Assembly: GCA_963784055.1 (NCBI GenBank)
Contig: CAWAPY010000018.1
Coordinates: 69,444-133,443 of the forward strand
Length of the DNA stretch: 64,000 bases
Direction: 5' to 3'
DNA from: an uncultured Actinomycetota bacterium
GTDB lineage: Bacteria; Actinomycetota; UBA4738; HRBIN12
Part shown: piece after piece, positions 1 to 10,340 of the stretch
How positions within the stretch are numbered: position 1 is the first letter of the stretch
How the letters are laid out: each line of letters begins with the position of its first letter
Position numbers and translations under genes: made by a program
Notes under the pieces: generated by a model
The model's input: the letters and a program-made list of their open reading frames with translations, nothing else
What the model was told of the DNA's origin: nothing
Databases searched by the model: none

Positions 1-330
1 GACCGGAAGTTCGGGTCGTGGCTGTTCAGCATCGTGCGGAACTGCGCGATGGACGCGCTGCGGAGCAGCCGGAGGTCCGACACACCGTGGGAGGACCAGA
101 TGGCCCCGAGGAGCGTCGCCGACCCCACCGCTCGCGCGGAGCTCGAGGCGGCCCTCCGGTCGGTCTCGACGGAGCACCGGGAGGCCTTCCTCCTCGTCGA
201 GGTGTTCGGCCTGTCGTACCAGGAGACGGCCGACGTCCTCGGCGTCGCCGTGGGCACCGTGAAGAGCAGGATGTTCCGGGCGCGGCAGGCGCTCTGCCTC
301 GCGATCGCGGACGAGGAGGAGGCGACGTGA
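1..330 (+). CDS. ECF (sigma-70 family) RNA polymerase sigma factor, C-terminal part; 5' end outside window
   Basis: Frame 1 is open from nt 1 (DRKFGSWLFSIVRNCAMDALR...). Region-4 HTH signature EAFLLVEVFGLSYQETADVLGVAVGTVKSRMFRARQAL. Stop TGA 328-330 overlaps the GTG of the next gene (GTGA). Confidence 0.85.
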   Translation, partial: DRKFGSWLFSIVRNCAMDALRSSRRSDTPWEDQMAPRSVADPTARAELEAALRSVSTEHREAFLLVEVFGLSYQETADVLGVAVGTVKSRMFRARQALCLAIADEEEAT

Positions 331-2301
331 ACTGCGACGCGGCACAACTCGTCCTGTCCGCTCGGATGGACGGTGATCGCGTGGCGGCGCGACAGGCCGC
401 CGCCGCCGTCGCGCACGCTGAGAGCGTGCACTCGGTGCCGGACGTTCAGCGAACGGTCCGCGCGGATCCGCAGCGCCGTGCGGATCCGCGCCGCCGAGCC
501 GGTGCCCGACCTGGTGGAGCCGATCATGGCCGCCGTTGCACGGGAGCGGGTTCGACCGACGGTTCCCCTCCTGCAGGAAGGGCGAGTCCGGCGACTCCCA
601 CGACCGCGCCACCGCCGCCGTCCCACCGTCTTCGCGCCCACCGCTGCGGCGGCGGTCGCGGGCCTCGTCCTCGGCAGCGTGCTGGTGGGGGGACCGTGGC
701 AGAGCGTGGAGAACCGCCCGATCGCGGCGGCGGCCGTGGTGCGGAACGTGCGCACGGTCGCGCCGACGCTCGACGCCTTCCAGGGCACGTACACGATCCA
801 CGAGTTCGGCCTGTCTCGCGAGGTACCGGAACGCCTCCTCGACATGGAGGTTGCCTTCCGTTCCCCACAACGCTTCCGCCTCGAGGTCCACGACCGGACG
901 ATCTACCCGTCCCGTTCCTGGACCCCGACCCACCTCCGCTTCATCCAGGACGTGACGACGACGTTCACGTCGGGCCCCTCGGGGTGCCCCGGCGATCTCC
1001 CCGCCCACGTGTGCCCCCGGACGCGCGCCGCGGTGACGCATCTCTCCGAGTTCTCCGCGGGTGCCCCGTTGCCTGCGGACCTCGTCCTCCCGGTCGCCAC
1101 GTTCGGATCGGCGACGGGGTTCGAGGTCCTCGGGTCGGATCGGATCGGCTCTCGGGACGCGATCCGCGTCCGCCTGTCCTTCGATCGGGCGGCACCGCTG
1201 TTCCCGTTCCTGCGGATGGGCGGCACGTGGAGGCCGTTCTTCGACCGCGACCCCGTCCTCCTGTGGCTCGACGCCGGGTCCTCGCTGCCGCTCCGGTTGC
1301 TCGTGCATCCCTCACGGAGCCCGGAACGCCGCGCATGGGAGCTCCGCTACGGCCTGGGCGTGGAGTCGCCCGACGAGCCGATCCTCGACGTGCAGCTCGT
1401 CCGGGCCTCGACCGAGCCCCCGAGCCTCGAGCTCTTCCGGATCCCCGGCGCCTCGGCGGAGCCGGCGGCGCCACCTCGGTTGGAAGACCTCCCGGACCGC
1501 ATCGGGTACGTCCCGGCGACGCCGACGGATCGCGGTGACCTGGAGCTCGTCTCGATCGTCCTGCCACCGCGGTCCGCGCCGGCGGCGCCCAGCTCGATGC
1601 TGGTGTACGCGGAGGGCATCGACTACTTGAAGGTCGGCGAGCGACGGGACTGGGTCGGCCCCGCACCGTTCGGGCCTCTGGACCCGGGCGCGCAACTGAT
1701 CCTCCTCGACGGGGGCGGGGTCGCGTACTACGAGCCCGCGGGAGAGGGCTTCGGCCGCCGGCTCGCGATCCATGCCGACGGCGCCGACGTCTTCCTCGAG
1801 ACGAATCTCCCCCGCGGGCGGTTGCTGGAGATCGCGTCCTCCCTCCCGCTCGTCGGCCGTCCGCTCCCTCCGGACCGGCGCGATCGGTCCGCGGGCGTGC
1901 ACGTGGAGCGGATCGACGTGGCCGAGGGGCTCGCCGCCGCAGGACTGCCCGCATCGCTGGTCCAGAGCCTCCCGGGCGGCTACATCGTCGCGAGCGCCGA
2001 GCGCTCCACCGTGGGATCCGCGCTGGAAGGCGTCACGCTCCACCTCCGCCAGATCGATACGGATGCCGCGGGCGAACCGCTGACCCTGCACCTCGAGCCC
2101 GACACCGGGCTGCCGCTGCCCTCGTCGTCGGAACAGGCACTGATCTCGTTCGCGGGTCTCGAAGCCCGATGGACGCCGAGCCGCTCGGAGCTCGAATGGG
2201 TCGACGGCGGCGTGTATCACTCGCTCCAGGGCGTGATTGATCTCCGATCGATGATCGAGATCGCCCGCGCGATCGCCGCGGTGGAAACCGGGGCCGGATG
2301 A
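327..2301 (+). pseudogene. Membrane-spanning anti-sigma factor (zf-HC2/ZAS N-terminus plus large extracytoplasmic domain); frame broken near nt 426 as assembled
   Basis: GTG 327 opens VNCDAAQLVLSARMDGDRVAARQAAAAVAHAES in frame 3. The text continues as CTRCRTFSERSARIRSAV... in frame 1 (the 373..2301 ORF). Skipping nt ~426 gives H-x3-C-x2-C. One TM segment (FAPTAAAAVAGLVLGSVLVGG) is followed by about 500 aa outside the membrane. Confidence 0.7.
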
Positions 2302-3546
2302 GACGCGGCCTGCGATACGGTGCCGGCGGCCTCGCCGGGGTCGCACTGGGCGTGGTGCTCACCCTCGCGATCCAAGCGCGGTCGCTCCCGTCGGCGCCCG
2401 AGGAGCCGACGGGGCCGTCGTTGCTCCTCACGCGGCCGACGCCGCCGGAGACGTTCCTGGCGTGGGTACCGCGCGGACTCCCCGACGGGTTCGCCGCGCG
2501 GGCGGCTCGGCAACCCGAGATCGCGAGGCTCACCGTGGTCGCGGAGGACAACGTGTGGCTCGTCCGCTCGTGGAGCGCGGCGGGGGAGCTCGTGGACCGC
2601 CCCGTGCGTCCGTACCGGATCCCGCTCGACGTCGCGGCCGTCGACCCGGTGACGTTCGCATCGTTCCTCCCTCCGGCGGATCAGGCGACGCTCGCGGCGA
2701 TCGAGGACGGCGAGGGGATCCTCGGATCGACCTCCGCCTCCGTTCGCCGGCTGGGGCCCGGCGCGCTCCTGGAGCTCGGTGGAGGGAGGCGGATCCGGAT
2801 CGCGGCGGTCCTGCCCGACGAGCTGGTCGGTGCGTCGGAGCTCCTCGTGTCGAAGGAGACGGGCCGCCGGATCGGGGTTACGCGCGATCGCTACCTGCTG
2901 GTGCGCCCGGTCGCCGGCGGGTCGACCACGTCCGGATCACTCCGGCGAGCGATCCAGCCGCTCCTGCCCGAGGGACCTCGGCGTCTTCCGTCGCGTCCAG
3001 GTCCGCGCGCCGGGAGAGACCCCGTACTTCCGCGCGGGCGATGCCGTGCTGCCCCCCGTCCTGCTGAAGGCGCTCTTCGGCGAGTTCGCGGCGCGTCCGG
3101 CCGCCGGGCAGCCAGGCTCGCTCGAGGTCGACCCGGCGTGGATGAGGACGCACCTCGTCACGACCCGGCTCCCGGTCCTGGGAGAAGTGCTGTGTCACCG
3201 AGGGATCGTCTCCCAGCTCCGAGGGGCGATGGGGGAGCTCCGGGATGCGAACCTGGGGCATCTGATCAGGACCTTCCACGGCTGCTTCGTCCCTCGCTTC
3301 ATCAGCCGCGACCCCACGGCGCTCCTCTCCCACCATTCCTGGGGCGTCGCCTTCGACGTGAACCTCGTCGGCAACTACTACGGTCAGCCACCGCACCAGG
3401 ACCCGCGGCTCGTCTGCACGCTCGCCCGCTGGGGGTTCCTGTGGGGCGGGACGTTCGTGGTGCCCGACGGTAACCACTTCGAGTACCGGCGGTTGCCGAA
3501 GCGTGGGGCCGATTCCGGGATCAGCCTTCCGCGAGGAGCGTGCTGA
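2298..3546 (+). pseudogene. Membrane-anchored M15 (VanY-like) D-Ala-D-Ala carboxypeptidase family protein; one frame break near nt 2973
   Basis: N-terminal TM (GLAGVALGVVLTLAI) lies in the 2298 frame. The C-terminal half is in the 2779..3546 frame, with SHHSWGVAFDVN and WGG...DGNHFEY (VanY/M15 metal-site-like motifs). ATGA overlap with the upstream anti-sigma gene. Confidence 0.7.
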
Positions 3547-5156
3547 GGCGATCGGTGGGCGAGAGGACGTCGGGGTCCACCCGGCAGTCGATCACCGCGG
3601 GCCGGCCGCAGGTCCTCGCCTCCGTGAGCGCAGCGGTGAGCCCGTCACGGTCGGCGACGGACCACGCCTCGGCGCCGTACCCCCGAGCCACCGCGGCGAT
3701 GTCCACGTCACCGATGTCGACCCCCACCGTGCGCCCGTAGGCGCGCGCCTGGTGCAGCGCGATCGTGCCGTACAGGCCGTTGCGGAACACCACGGTGGTG
3801 AACGGCACGTCGTGGCGGACCGCCGTCTCCAGCTCCTGACCCGTCATCAGGAATCCGCCGTCGCCGGCCAGGACGACGACCTCGCTCGACGGATCGGCGA
3901 GCTTGGCGCCGATGCCGCCCGGGACGCCGTACCCCATCGCGCCGCTCGTCGGTCCGACCTGGGTGCGCGGATGTGAGAACCGCCAGTACCGGTGGGCGAA
4001 GATCGAGAAGTTCCCCGCGTCGTTCACGAGGACGACGGTGGGCGGGAACACGTCCGCGAGCGCCGCGATCACGGCCGAAGGGTGCAGCGGGCCGTCGGTC
4101 ACCTCGGGAAGGGTGCTCGCCGTGAGGAACGCCCCGTGCGCGGCGGTCCAGTCGCGGCCGGGTGGCGCGTCCGGAGCGTGGTCGAGGATCGCGGTCAACG
4201 CCTCGCGCGCGTCCGCGACCAGACCGATCTCCACCGGCACCACCGCGCCGACGCTGTTCGGCTCGACGTCGATCTGGACCACCCGCTGGTCGGCCCTCGG
4301 CAGCCGGTAGCCCTGGGTCGTGATCTCGCTCAGCCGACAGCCGACGACGAGCACGACGTCGGCGTTCTCCAGGGCACGCAGCGTCTCCGGCGGCGTGGTC
4401 AGGACGAGCGGGCCGCAGTAGTTCGGATGGTCGTTGGGGAAGACGTCCTGGCGGCGGAAGCTCGCGTAGACACCGAGGCCGAACCGTTCCGCGGCCGCGA
4501 CGAGCGCGTCGCGGGCGTCCCTGGCTCCGCCGCCCGCGATCATCACGGGCGCGTCCGCCTCTCGGAGGACCGCGGCGATCCGCTCGCTGGTCCCCTCGCT
4601 CGGCGTGGGCCTGCCCCGATCGACCACACCGGGGAGATGGCTCTGCTCCGAGCCCGGCATCCCCGTCGAAGAGGTCCGCCGGGACGGCGACCATCACCGG
4701 GCCCGGCCGCCCACTCGTCGCGACGTGGATCGCGCGGCTCGACCAGCTCCGGGAGCCGTTCGCTCGACGGGGCCGTCACCGCCCACTTCGTGATCTCCCG
4801 ATAGAAGGACGGCAGGTCGACCTCCTGGAAGGCCTCTCGCCCGAGGAACGCCGACTCCACCTGTCCCAGGATCACGACCATCGGCGTCGAGTCCTGGTAG
4901 GCCGTGTGCACGCCGATCGAGAGGTTCGCGGCGCCGACGCCCCTCGTCGCCATGGCGAGCGCCGGCCGCCCGGTGACCTTGGCGTCGGCGTCCGCCATGA
5001 ACGCTGCGCCGGACTCGTGCCGCGTGGAGATCAGCGCGATGTCCGGGTGGCGGTCGCAGGCATCGAGCAGCGGGAGGAAGCTCTCGCCCGGGACCGTGTA
5101 GGCGCGCCGGACGCCCGCCGCGCCAGCTGCGCAACGATCCGCTCCGATACCGTCAC
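3521..5156 (-). pseudogene. Thiamine-pyrophosphate-dependent enzyme (acetolactate synthase large-subunit-like); at least 4 frame breaks as assembled
   Basis: N-terminus VTVSERIVAQLA.. / VRRAYTVPGESFLPLLDACDRHPDIALISTRHESGAAFMADADAKVTGRPALAMATRGVGAANL. Middle piece RAIHVATSGRPGPVMVAVPADL is in a third frame. C-terminal TPP motif GAMGYGVPGGIGAKLA...VVLAGDGGFLMTGQELETAV is in the 3521..4660 ORF. Confidence 0.75.
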
Positions 5157-5231
5157 GCCTCCCGCCGCCTCCCAGGTCGAAGACGGGGAGGATACGTCGT
5201 CGGCCGATCCGGACGGGGGTCCCCGGTGGAG

Positions 5232-5712
5232 CTACTCCGTGATCGCCTCACCCGCCGGGGACACCACGTACCACACGTCGCCGACGTCCTGCCCGTTGAT
5301 GTCGTCGGGCGTCTCGTCGGCGGCGAAGTAGTACAGCGGGTGGCCGTCGAGCGTCACCTGAACGCTGCCGTCCTCACGCTCCGTCGTCCCGAGGAGCGAG
5401 GCGTCGATGCCGTCGCCGGCCGCGGGATCGCCCTCCACGGTGAGCGGCGGCCAGCTGTCCTCACACTCGTCGTAGCACGTGCTGTCGCTGCCCGTGTCGG
5501 CGAGGAACACGTAGAGCGTGCGGCCCTCCGCATCGACGACGATCTCCCCGAAGTCCGAATCCTCGACGCCGACCGTCGCTGCGGCGGGCTCCTCTGACGA
5601 CTCACGTGGGTGAAGACGTCCCGCCCTCGGGCTCGGCGTCCTCCGAGCACGCGACCATCACGAGCGGGACGAGCACGGCCACCGCGAGCATCTTGATCCT
5701 GCCAGACACCAT
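5232..5712 (-). pseudogene. Putative lipoprotein with PF03640/COG4315-like secreted repeat; one frame break near nt 5605
   Basis: ATG 5712 is preceded by GAAGGAGG. Signal/lipobox-like MVSGRIKMLAVAVLVPLVMVAC. The continuation SEEPAAATVGVEDSDFGEIVVDAEGRTLYVFLADTGS...GHPLYYFAADETPDDINGQDVGDVWYVVSPAG lies in another frame. Confidence 0.65.
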
Positions 5713-5798
5713 CCGAGCCTCCTTCGTCGTCGTTCGGAGGTCTACGGGTGGGTGGGACCCCCGGTTCGCCCGAGGAGCCCACTCCTCTCGGGTTGGAC

Positions 5799-6701
5799 CT
5801 AGCCGGCGCGCCGCCGACCCTTGGGCTTCCGCCGCGCCTTCGCCTCCTCGACGCTCCGCTTGAGCGCCTCCAGGAGCTCGCCCACCCGTGCGTCGGGCGG
5901 CGGGGCGTCGGCCGGTTCCTCGACGTGCTCGGGCGTGCGCTCCGCGATCATCCGCAGGAGCTCGTCCCGATACTCGTCCGCGAAGACGGAAGGGTCCCAC
6001 TCCATCGCGAGCGCCTCGACGAGCAGCTTCGAGACATCGACCTCGCGATCCGTCACGTCGGCACGCCCGACATCGCCCACGAGCGGCCTGGCATCGCGCA
6101 CCTCGTCGCCGAAGTAGAGGGTTTCCAGGGCGAGCGCGTCCTCCATCGGCCGGAGCGCGACGAGGTGCGGCTTCGTGCGGAGGACGAACCGGCCGATGCC
6201 CACGCGCCCGGTCTCCTTCAGCGTCCGCAGCAGCAGCCCGTAGGACTTCTCCGCGCCGCGCCCTGGCGCCACGTAGTACGCCTTCTCGAAGTAGACCGGG
6301 TCGATGTCCTCCAACCGGACGAAGTGCTCCAGGTCGATCACGCGGCTGGGCGAGGGTCGCGCGCGCTCGATCTCCTCGGTCTCGAGGAACACGTAGGTCT
6401 CGGGCTCGACCTCGTAGCCGCGAACGAGATCCTCGTACGCGACCTCCTCCTCTGATGACAGCTGCGAGCTCGTCTCGTCGTCGGCCGGAGGGCGGTCGAC
6501 GTCGTCCGTCTCGACGGCGTCCGAATCGTCCGGCTCACGCGCATCCACAGCGGCATCCACCACCCGGCGGTACCGGACGCGACGTCCCTGTTTGTCGAAC
6601 AGATGGAACCGCACATCTTTCGCCTCGGTCGCCGGATACAGCGACACCGGGATCGCGACGAGCCCGAAGCTGAGCGTCCCGCGCCACACCGACCGCGCCA
6701 T
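5799..6701 (-). CDS. ku: Ku protein (non-homologous end joining)
   Basis: MARSVWRGTLSFGLVAIPVSLYPATE...RFHLF...; typical bacterial Ku N-terminus and length (300 aa) with a basic C-terminal tail. Confidence 0.9.
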   Translation of the reverse strand: MARSVWRGTLSFGLVAIPVSLYPATEAKDVRFHLFDKQGRRVRYRRVVDAAVDAREPDDSDAVETDDVDRPPADDETSSQLSSEEEVAYEDLVRGYEVEPETYVFLETEEIERARPSPSRVIDLEHFVRLEDIDPVYFEKAYYVAPGRGAEKSYGLLLRTLKETGRVGIGRFVLRTKPHLVALRPMEDALALETLYFGDEVRDARPLVGDVGRADVTDREVDVSKLLVEALAMEWDPSVFADEYRDELLRMIAERTPEHVEEPADAPPPDARVGELLEALKRSVEEAKARRKPKGRRRAG

Positions 6702-6725
6702 GCCGTCATCGTACCGAGGGACGCT

Positions 6726-8021
6726 TCACCACCCCTGCGTCGAGGAACCCGTAGGCAGGACGGTCGGGGGTCTCCCCCGGTATCGCGAGATCACGTTCCC
6801 GGTCTCGACGTCGAGGGTGCGGACCCGCCAGCCATGCCAGCTGTTGATGGCGTAGGCGTAACGGCCGTATACCTGCACGTCGAGGTATCGGCGGCCGAAT
6901 CGGTGCCACCGCGTGCCGTCGGTCAGGTCGTAGCCGATCAGTCCCGTGCCACCGAACTCACCGAAGTCGGCGCCTCCCCACGCCAGCAGCACACCCCCGC
7001 TGACGGCGACATGGGTGGGGCGCGGGTCGAGGATGCAGACGGCCCAGTCTCGGGTATCCACGAGCGACACGCCGGCCGCCCGGACGTCGAGATCCATCGT
7101 GCTGCCCCGCTCTCCGGAGACCGCGAGCAGCCCGTCGCCCAGCCACACCGCGCGGACGTGCGACCATTCGCCGAGCTTCGCGGATGCGCGGCGGACGAGC
7201 GCGGACGCGACGGACTGGAGGACGGATGCAGCGGGCCGCCGGAAACGGACTGCCATCTCGTCCAGATAGATCTCTGCGATCGGACCCTCGGGCGGGACCA
7301 CGAAGGCTCGCTCGCGGTCGGCGTCGAACGCGAGCCCCGGTGTCAGACGCACCCCGTGCTCTCCCAGGTTCGGGTCGAGGCCGGCTCGAAGACCCTCGAG
7401 CTCGACCGACCGAGGTCCCGAGAGATCGATCTGGACGAGGTGAGTGGGGCCGAGTTGATGGGGCCACTCCTGCGAGGTGACCAGGAGCAATCGATCGCTC
7501 GCGGCGTACGAGGTGACGACGTTGCCTGGCAGCTCAAGATGCCTCGTCCGCCCGACGCTGGCATCCCACACGGAGACCTCTTGGGAGTTCACGCTGACGA
7601 GGACTTGATCGGACAACCACGTCAAGGCGAATCCGGCGTCCGAGCTCTCGAGGTCGGTCACCGACCGGAGGGTGTCCGTGTCGATGATCCGAACGCCGTT
7701 CGTGAGACCGATCGCGAGCGATCCACCATCGGGGGAGACCGCCCACATGCTGGTCTGCTCGGGAAGCGCCGAGCGATAGGTGCTCGTCGCTCGGAGCGTG
7801 ACCGGATCGAACCAGCCGATCTCGTCGGAATCCGTTCGACCGATCCAGACCCTCCCCAACACCCCCGAGATCGACGCCACCGCATGGTCGACTGTCGTCG
7901 CATCCACTCCCTCGAACGAGCAGGGCTCCGGGACGCTTGCTTGCGGGAGCACGACGGACCCGGCCGTGCACGCCAGTGCGAGCATGCAGACGACGACGAC
8001 CCGCCCGAAGTTCTGACGCAC
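6726..8021 (-). CDS. Secreted hypothetical protein, beta-propeller-like repeats
   Basis: Intact 431-aa ORF. N-terminal hydrophobic signal (VVVVCMLALACTAGS). Repeated strand-rich blocks (WAVSPDGGSLAIG, VSVWDAS, LLAVSGERG). No family recognised. Confidence 0.55.
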   Translation of the reverse strand: MRQNFGRVVVVCMLALACTAGSVVLPQASVPEPCSFEGVDATTVDHAVASISGVLGRVWIGRTDSDEIGWFDPVTLRATSTYRSALPEQTSMWAVSPDGGSLAIGLTNGVRIIDTDTLRSVTDLESSDAGFALTWLSDQVLVSVNSQEVSVWDASVGRTRHLELPGNVVTSYAASDRLLLVTSQEWPHQLGPTHLVQIDLSGPRSVELEGLRAGLDPNLGEHGVRLTPGLAFDADRERAFVVPPEGPIAEIYLDEMAVRFRRPAASVLQSVASALVRRASAKLGEWSHVRAVWLGDGLLAVSGERGSTMDLDVRAAGVSLVDTRDWAVCILDPRPTHVAVSGGVLLAWGGADFGEFGGTGLIGYDLTDGTRWHRFGRRYLDVQVYGRYAYAINSWHGWRVRTLDVETGNVISRYRGRPPTVLPTGSSTQGW

Positions 8022-8075
8022 AACAAGGGATACACCGGACGATCGGTGCCGGTTCCTACCGACGGAGCACCGCGT

Positions 8076-8907
8076 TCAGTGACCGTATCGGTCGGCGTCC
8101 ACGACCCCGTCGTCGCCTCGGTCGAGGGCCGCCAGCTCGTCCATGTCGGTCGTGTCGAGCTCGAAGTCGAAGACGTCCCTGTTCTCCGCCAGCCGCCCGG
8201 CCTTCGATGTCATCGGGATCGGGATGAGTCCGAGCTGCACGTGCCACCGGAGCACGATCTGCGCCGGCGTCGTGGAGCGACGACCGGCCAGCTCGACGAT
8301 CGTGGGGTCCGCCAGGAGGTCACCGCCCGCGCCGATCGGCGACCAGCTCTCGGTCACGATCCCGTGCGCGGCGTGGTAGGCGCGCTGCTCCGGCCGGCTG
8401 TGCGTCGGATCCAACTGGATCTGGTTCACATGCGGCGTGACCCCGGTCTCCTCGAGCAGCCGGTCCAGGTGCGGCGGCTTGAAGTTCGAGACGCCGATCG
8501 CACGGACCTTGCCGTCCTCGAGGAGCCGGAGGAGCCCGCGCCACGCCTCCACGTAGCGATCCTTCTTGGGATTGGGCCAGTGGATCAGGAGCAGGTCGAT
8601 GCGCTCGAGGCCGAGGCGCTCCGCGCTGTTCGCCCAGCGCCTGCTGCGCCTCGGCCTCGCCGTGCCACCGCTCGTTGAACTTCGTGGTGACGAACACCTC
8701 GTCGCGATCGACGCCGCTCGCCCGGATCGCCCGGCCCACGCCGGCTTCGTTCCGGTAGTTCTCGGCGGTATCGATCAGCCGGTATCCGGCCCGGAGCGCC
8801 GCCTCGACGATCTCCTCGGCCTGCCCGTCGCCCATCGGCGAGGTGCCCAGCCCGAGCGCGGGCATCGCGACCCCGTTGGCCAGCGTGACCGTGGGGATCT
8901 CGTTCAT
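8076..8907 (-). pseudogene. Aldo/keto reductase; one frame break near nt 8620
   Basis: [24 protein letters not shown]...[17 protein letters not shown]...VFVTTKF, then [30 protein letters not shown]...AIGVSNF...IVLRWHVQLGLIPIP in a second frame. ATGA overlap with the HAD gene stop. Confidence 0.8.
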
Positions 8908-9611
8908 CCGTCGCCTCGCATCGATCGGGATGCTAGCGGGACCGCGCCGAGGCGCGCCCACATCCGGTCGTCGAGCTCTCCGATCGATCCGAGGACGAGG
9001 TCCGCCTCGGTCGGGATGTCGTCGTGGGCCCCGACGGCCGGCACCGCGACGCAGAGCATCCCGGCGGCCTTCGCCGCGCGGACACCGTTGATCGAGTCCT
9101 CCACGGCGAGACATCGTTCCGGCGGGACGTCCAGCCGCCGCGCCGCCGACAGATAGACCGCGGGGTCGGGCTTGCCGAGCTCCTCGTCCTCGCCGGAGAC
9201 CACGACGTCGAACCGCTCGGCGAGCCCGTCGAGCGAGAGGACCGCCAGGATCAGGGGCATCGGCGAGGACGACGCGAGCGCCACATCCAGCCCGAGCGAC
9301 AGGACGCGGTCGACCGCGCCGAGCGCGCCGTCGAGGAGGACGCCGCGCTCGCGGACGGCGCGGGCGACGTCGTCGACGATCGTCTCCGCCACCTGCTCAC
9401 GGCTGGGTTCGGGCCACGGCTGCCGCCGGTACCAACGGTCCACGACGTCGGCGACCCGGACGCCCATCGTCGGGTACAGGTCCTCGTCCGTGAGCTCGAT
9501 GCCGACGCTCGCGAACACTTCACGTTCCACCGCGCGCCACATCGGCTCCGAGTCGATCAGCACGCCGTCCATATCGAACACGACGGCCTCGATCTGTCGG
9601 ACGTTCGCCAT
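8904..9611 (-). CDS. HAD-superfamily hydrolase (beta-phosphoglucomutase/sugar-phosphatase-like)
   Basis: [22 protein letters not shown] (DxDG motif)...SSS...GKPDPAVYL...[17 protein letters not shown]. Start chosen at ATG 9611 rather than the track's 9650. Confidence 0.8.
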   Translation of the reverse strand: MANVRQIEAVVFDMDGVLIDSEPMWRAVEREVFASVGIELTDEDLYPTMGVRVADVVDRWYRRQPWPEPSREQVAETIVDDVARAVRERGVLLDGALGAVDRVLSLGLDVALASSSPMPLILAVLSLDGLAERFDVVVSGEDEELGKPDPAVYLSAARRLDVPPERCLAVEDSINGVRAAKAAGMLCVAVPAVGAHDDIPTEADLVLGSIGELDDRMWARLGAVPLASRSMRGDG

Positions 9612-9680
9612 CACGGCACGGGATGCTACGGCCGCCCCGCGTATCATCACCCACTGCCCGTGACCCGAGGATCGCAGTCG

Positions 9681-10325
9681 ATGAGAGGCAGGCTCGTGCC
9701 GTCCGCGGTGGCCGCGACATCCGTGCTGCTCGCGGCGATCGCGCTGACCTGGGGCGAGGCCGCTCCGGTTCCCGCGCCGATCGACGCCTCCCCCTCGCCG
9801 TCACCCCGGGCTCCGGGCCAGGTGCTGGAAGCGAGGACGCTCGCGGACCTACCGGCGACCCTGCTCCCCTACCCGTTCACCGAACCGGCGCCCGAGCCCC
9901 TCGCCACCGAGATCGACGGGACGTACATGCTGATCCTCACGCTCGACGACCTCGGGGGCGCGAGCCATGCACTCCCGTTCCCGTGCCGACGGTGCCTCCC
10001 GTACGCGCGCGACCCCGGCGTGATGACCCTGATCTTCTTCCGAGGCGCGTATTTCGTGGACCACCAGATGTCCTCGTTCCATTCGACCGGCCACTACGAG
10101 GTGGACGGCGAGCGGCTCACCCTTTTCAACGACCCGAACTGCTCCCGGGAGCGCGGCACGTACACGTGGGCACTGGAGAGAGGCTCGCTCCACCTCGAGG
10201 CCATCGCCGACACGTGTGCGTACCAGGGAGAGCGGGCGACCGATCTCGCTACGGAGGATTGGACGCGGATCCCGGTGTGCCGGCGCGAGATCGCCCACCT
10301 GTGGCCGGGGATCCTCGGTTGCTGA
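9681..10325 (+). CDS. Secreted hypothetical protein (Cys-containing)
   Basis: ATG 9681 lies inside the longer 9024..10325 ORF. Signal peptide MRGRLVPSAVAATSVLLAAIALTWGEA. The upstream part of the track ORF is antisense to the HAD gene. Confidence 0.5.
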   Translation: MRGRLVPSAVAATSVLLAAIALTWGEAAPVPAPIDASPSPSPRAPGQVLEARTLADLPATLLPYPFTEPAPEPLATEIDGTYMLILTLDDLGGASHALPFPCRRCLPYARDPGVMTLIFFRGAYFVDHQMSSFHSTGHYEVDGERLTLFNDPNCSRERGTYTWALERGSLHLEAIADTCAYQGERATDLATEDWTRIPVCRREIAHLWPGILGC

Positions 10326-10340
10326 GTTGGGTCGGAGCCG

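Noticed and set aside
965-1954. Long antisense ORFs rich in Arg/Pro/Gly. Examples are 965..1954(-), 10249..11796(-), 38564..40072(-), 41793..42791(-) and 6603..8678(+).
   Set aside because: This is typical high-GC shadow-frame noise. The sequences are low-complexity R/P/G/A text with no motifs, and each lies opposite a gene with clear family signatures.
5799-6701. Ku without an adjacent LigD as an anomaly.
   Set aside because: ku and ligD are frequently unlinked in bacterial genomes. Absence from this window is uninformative.
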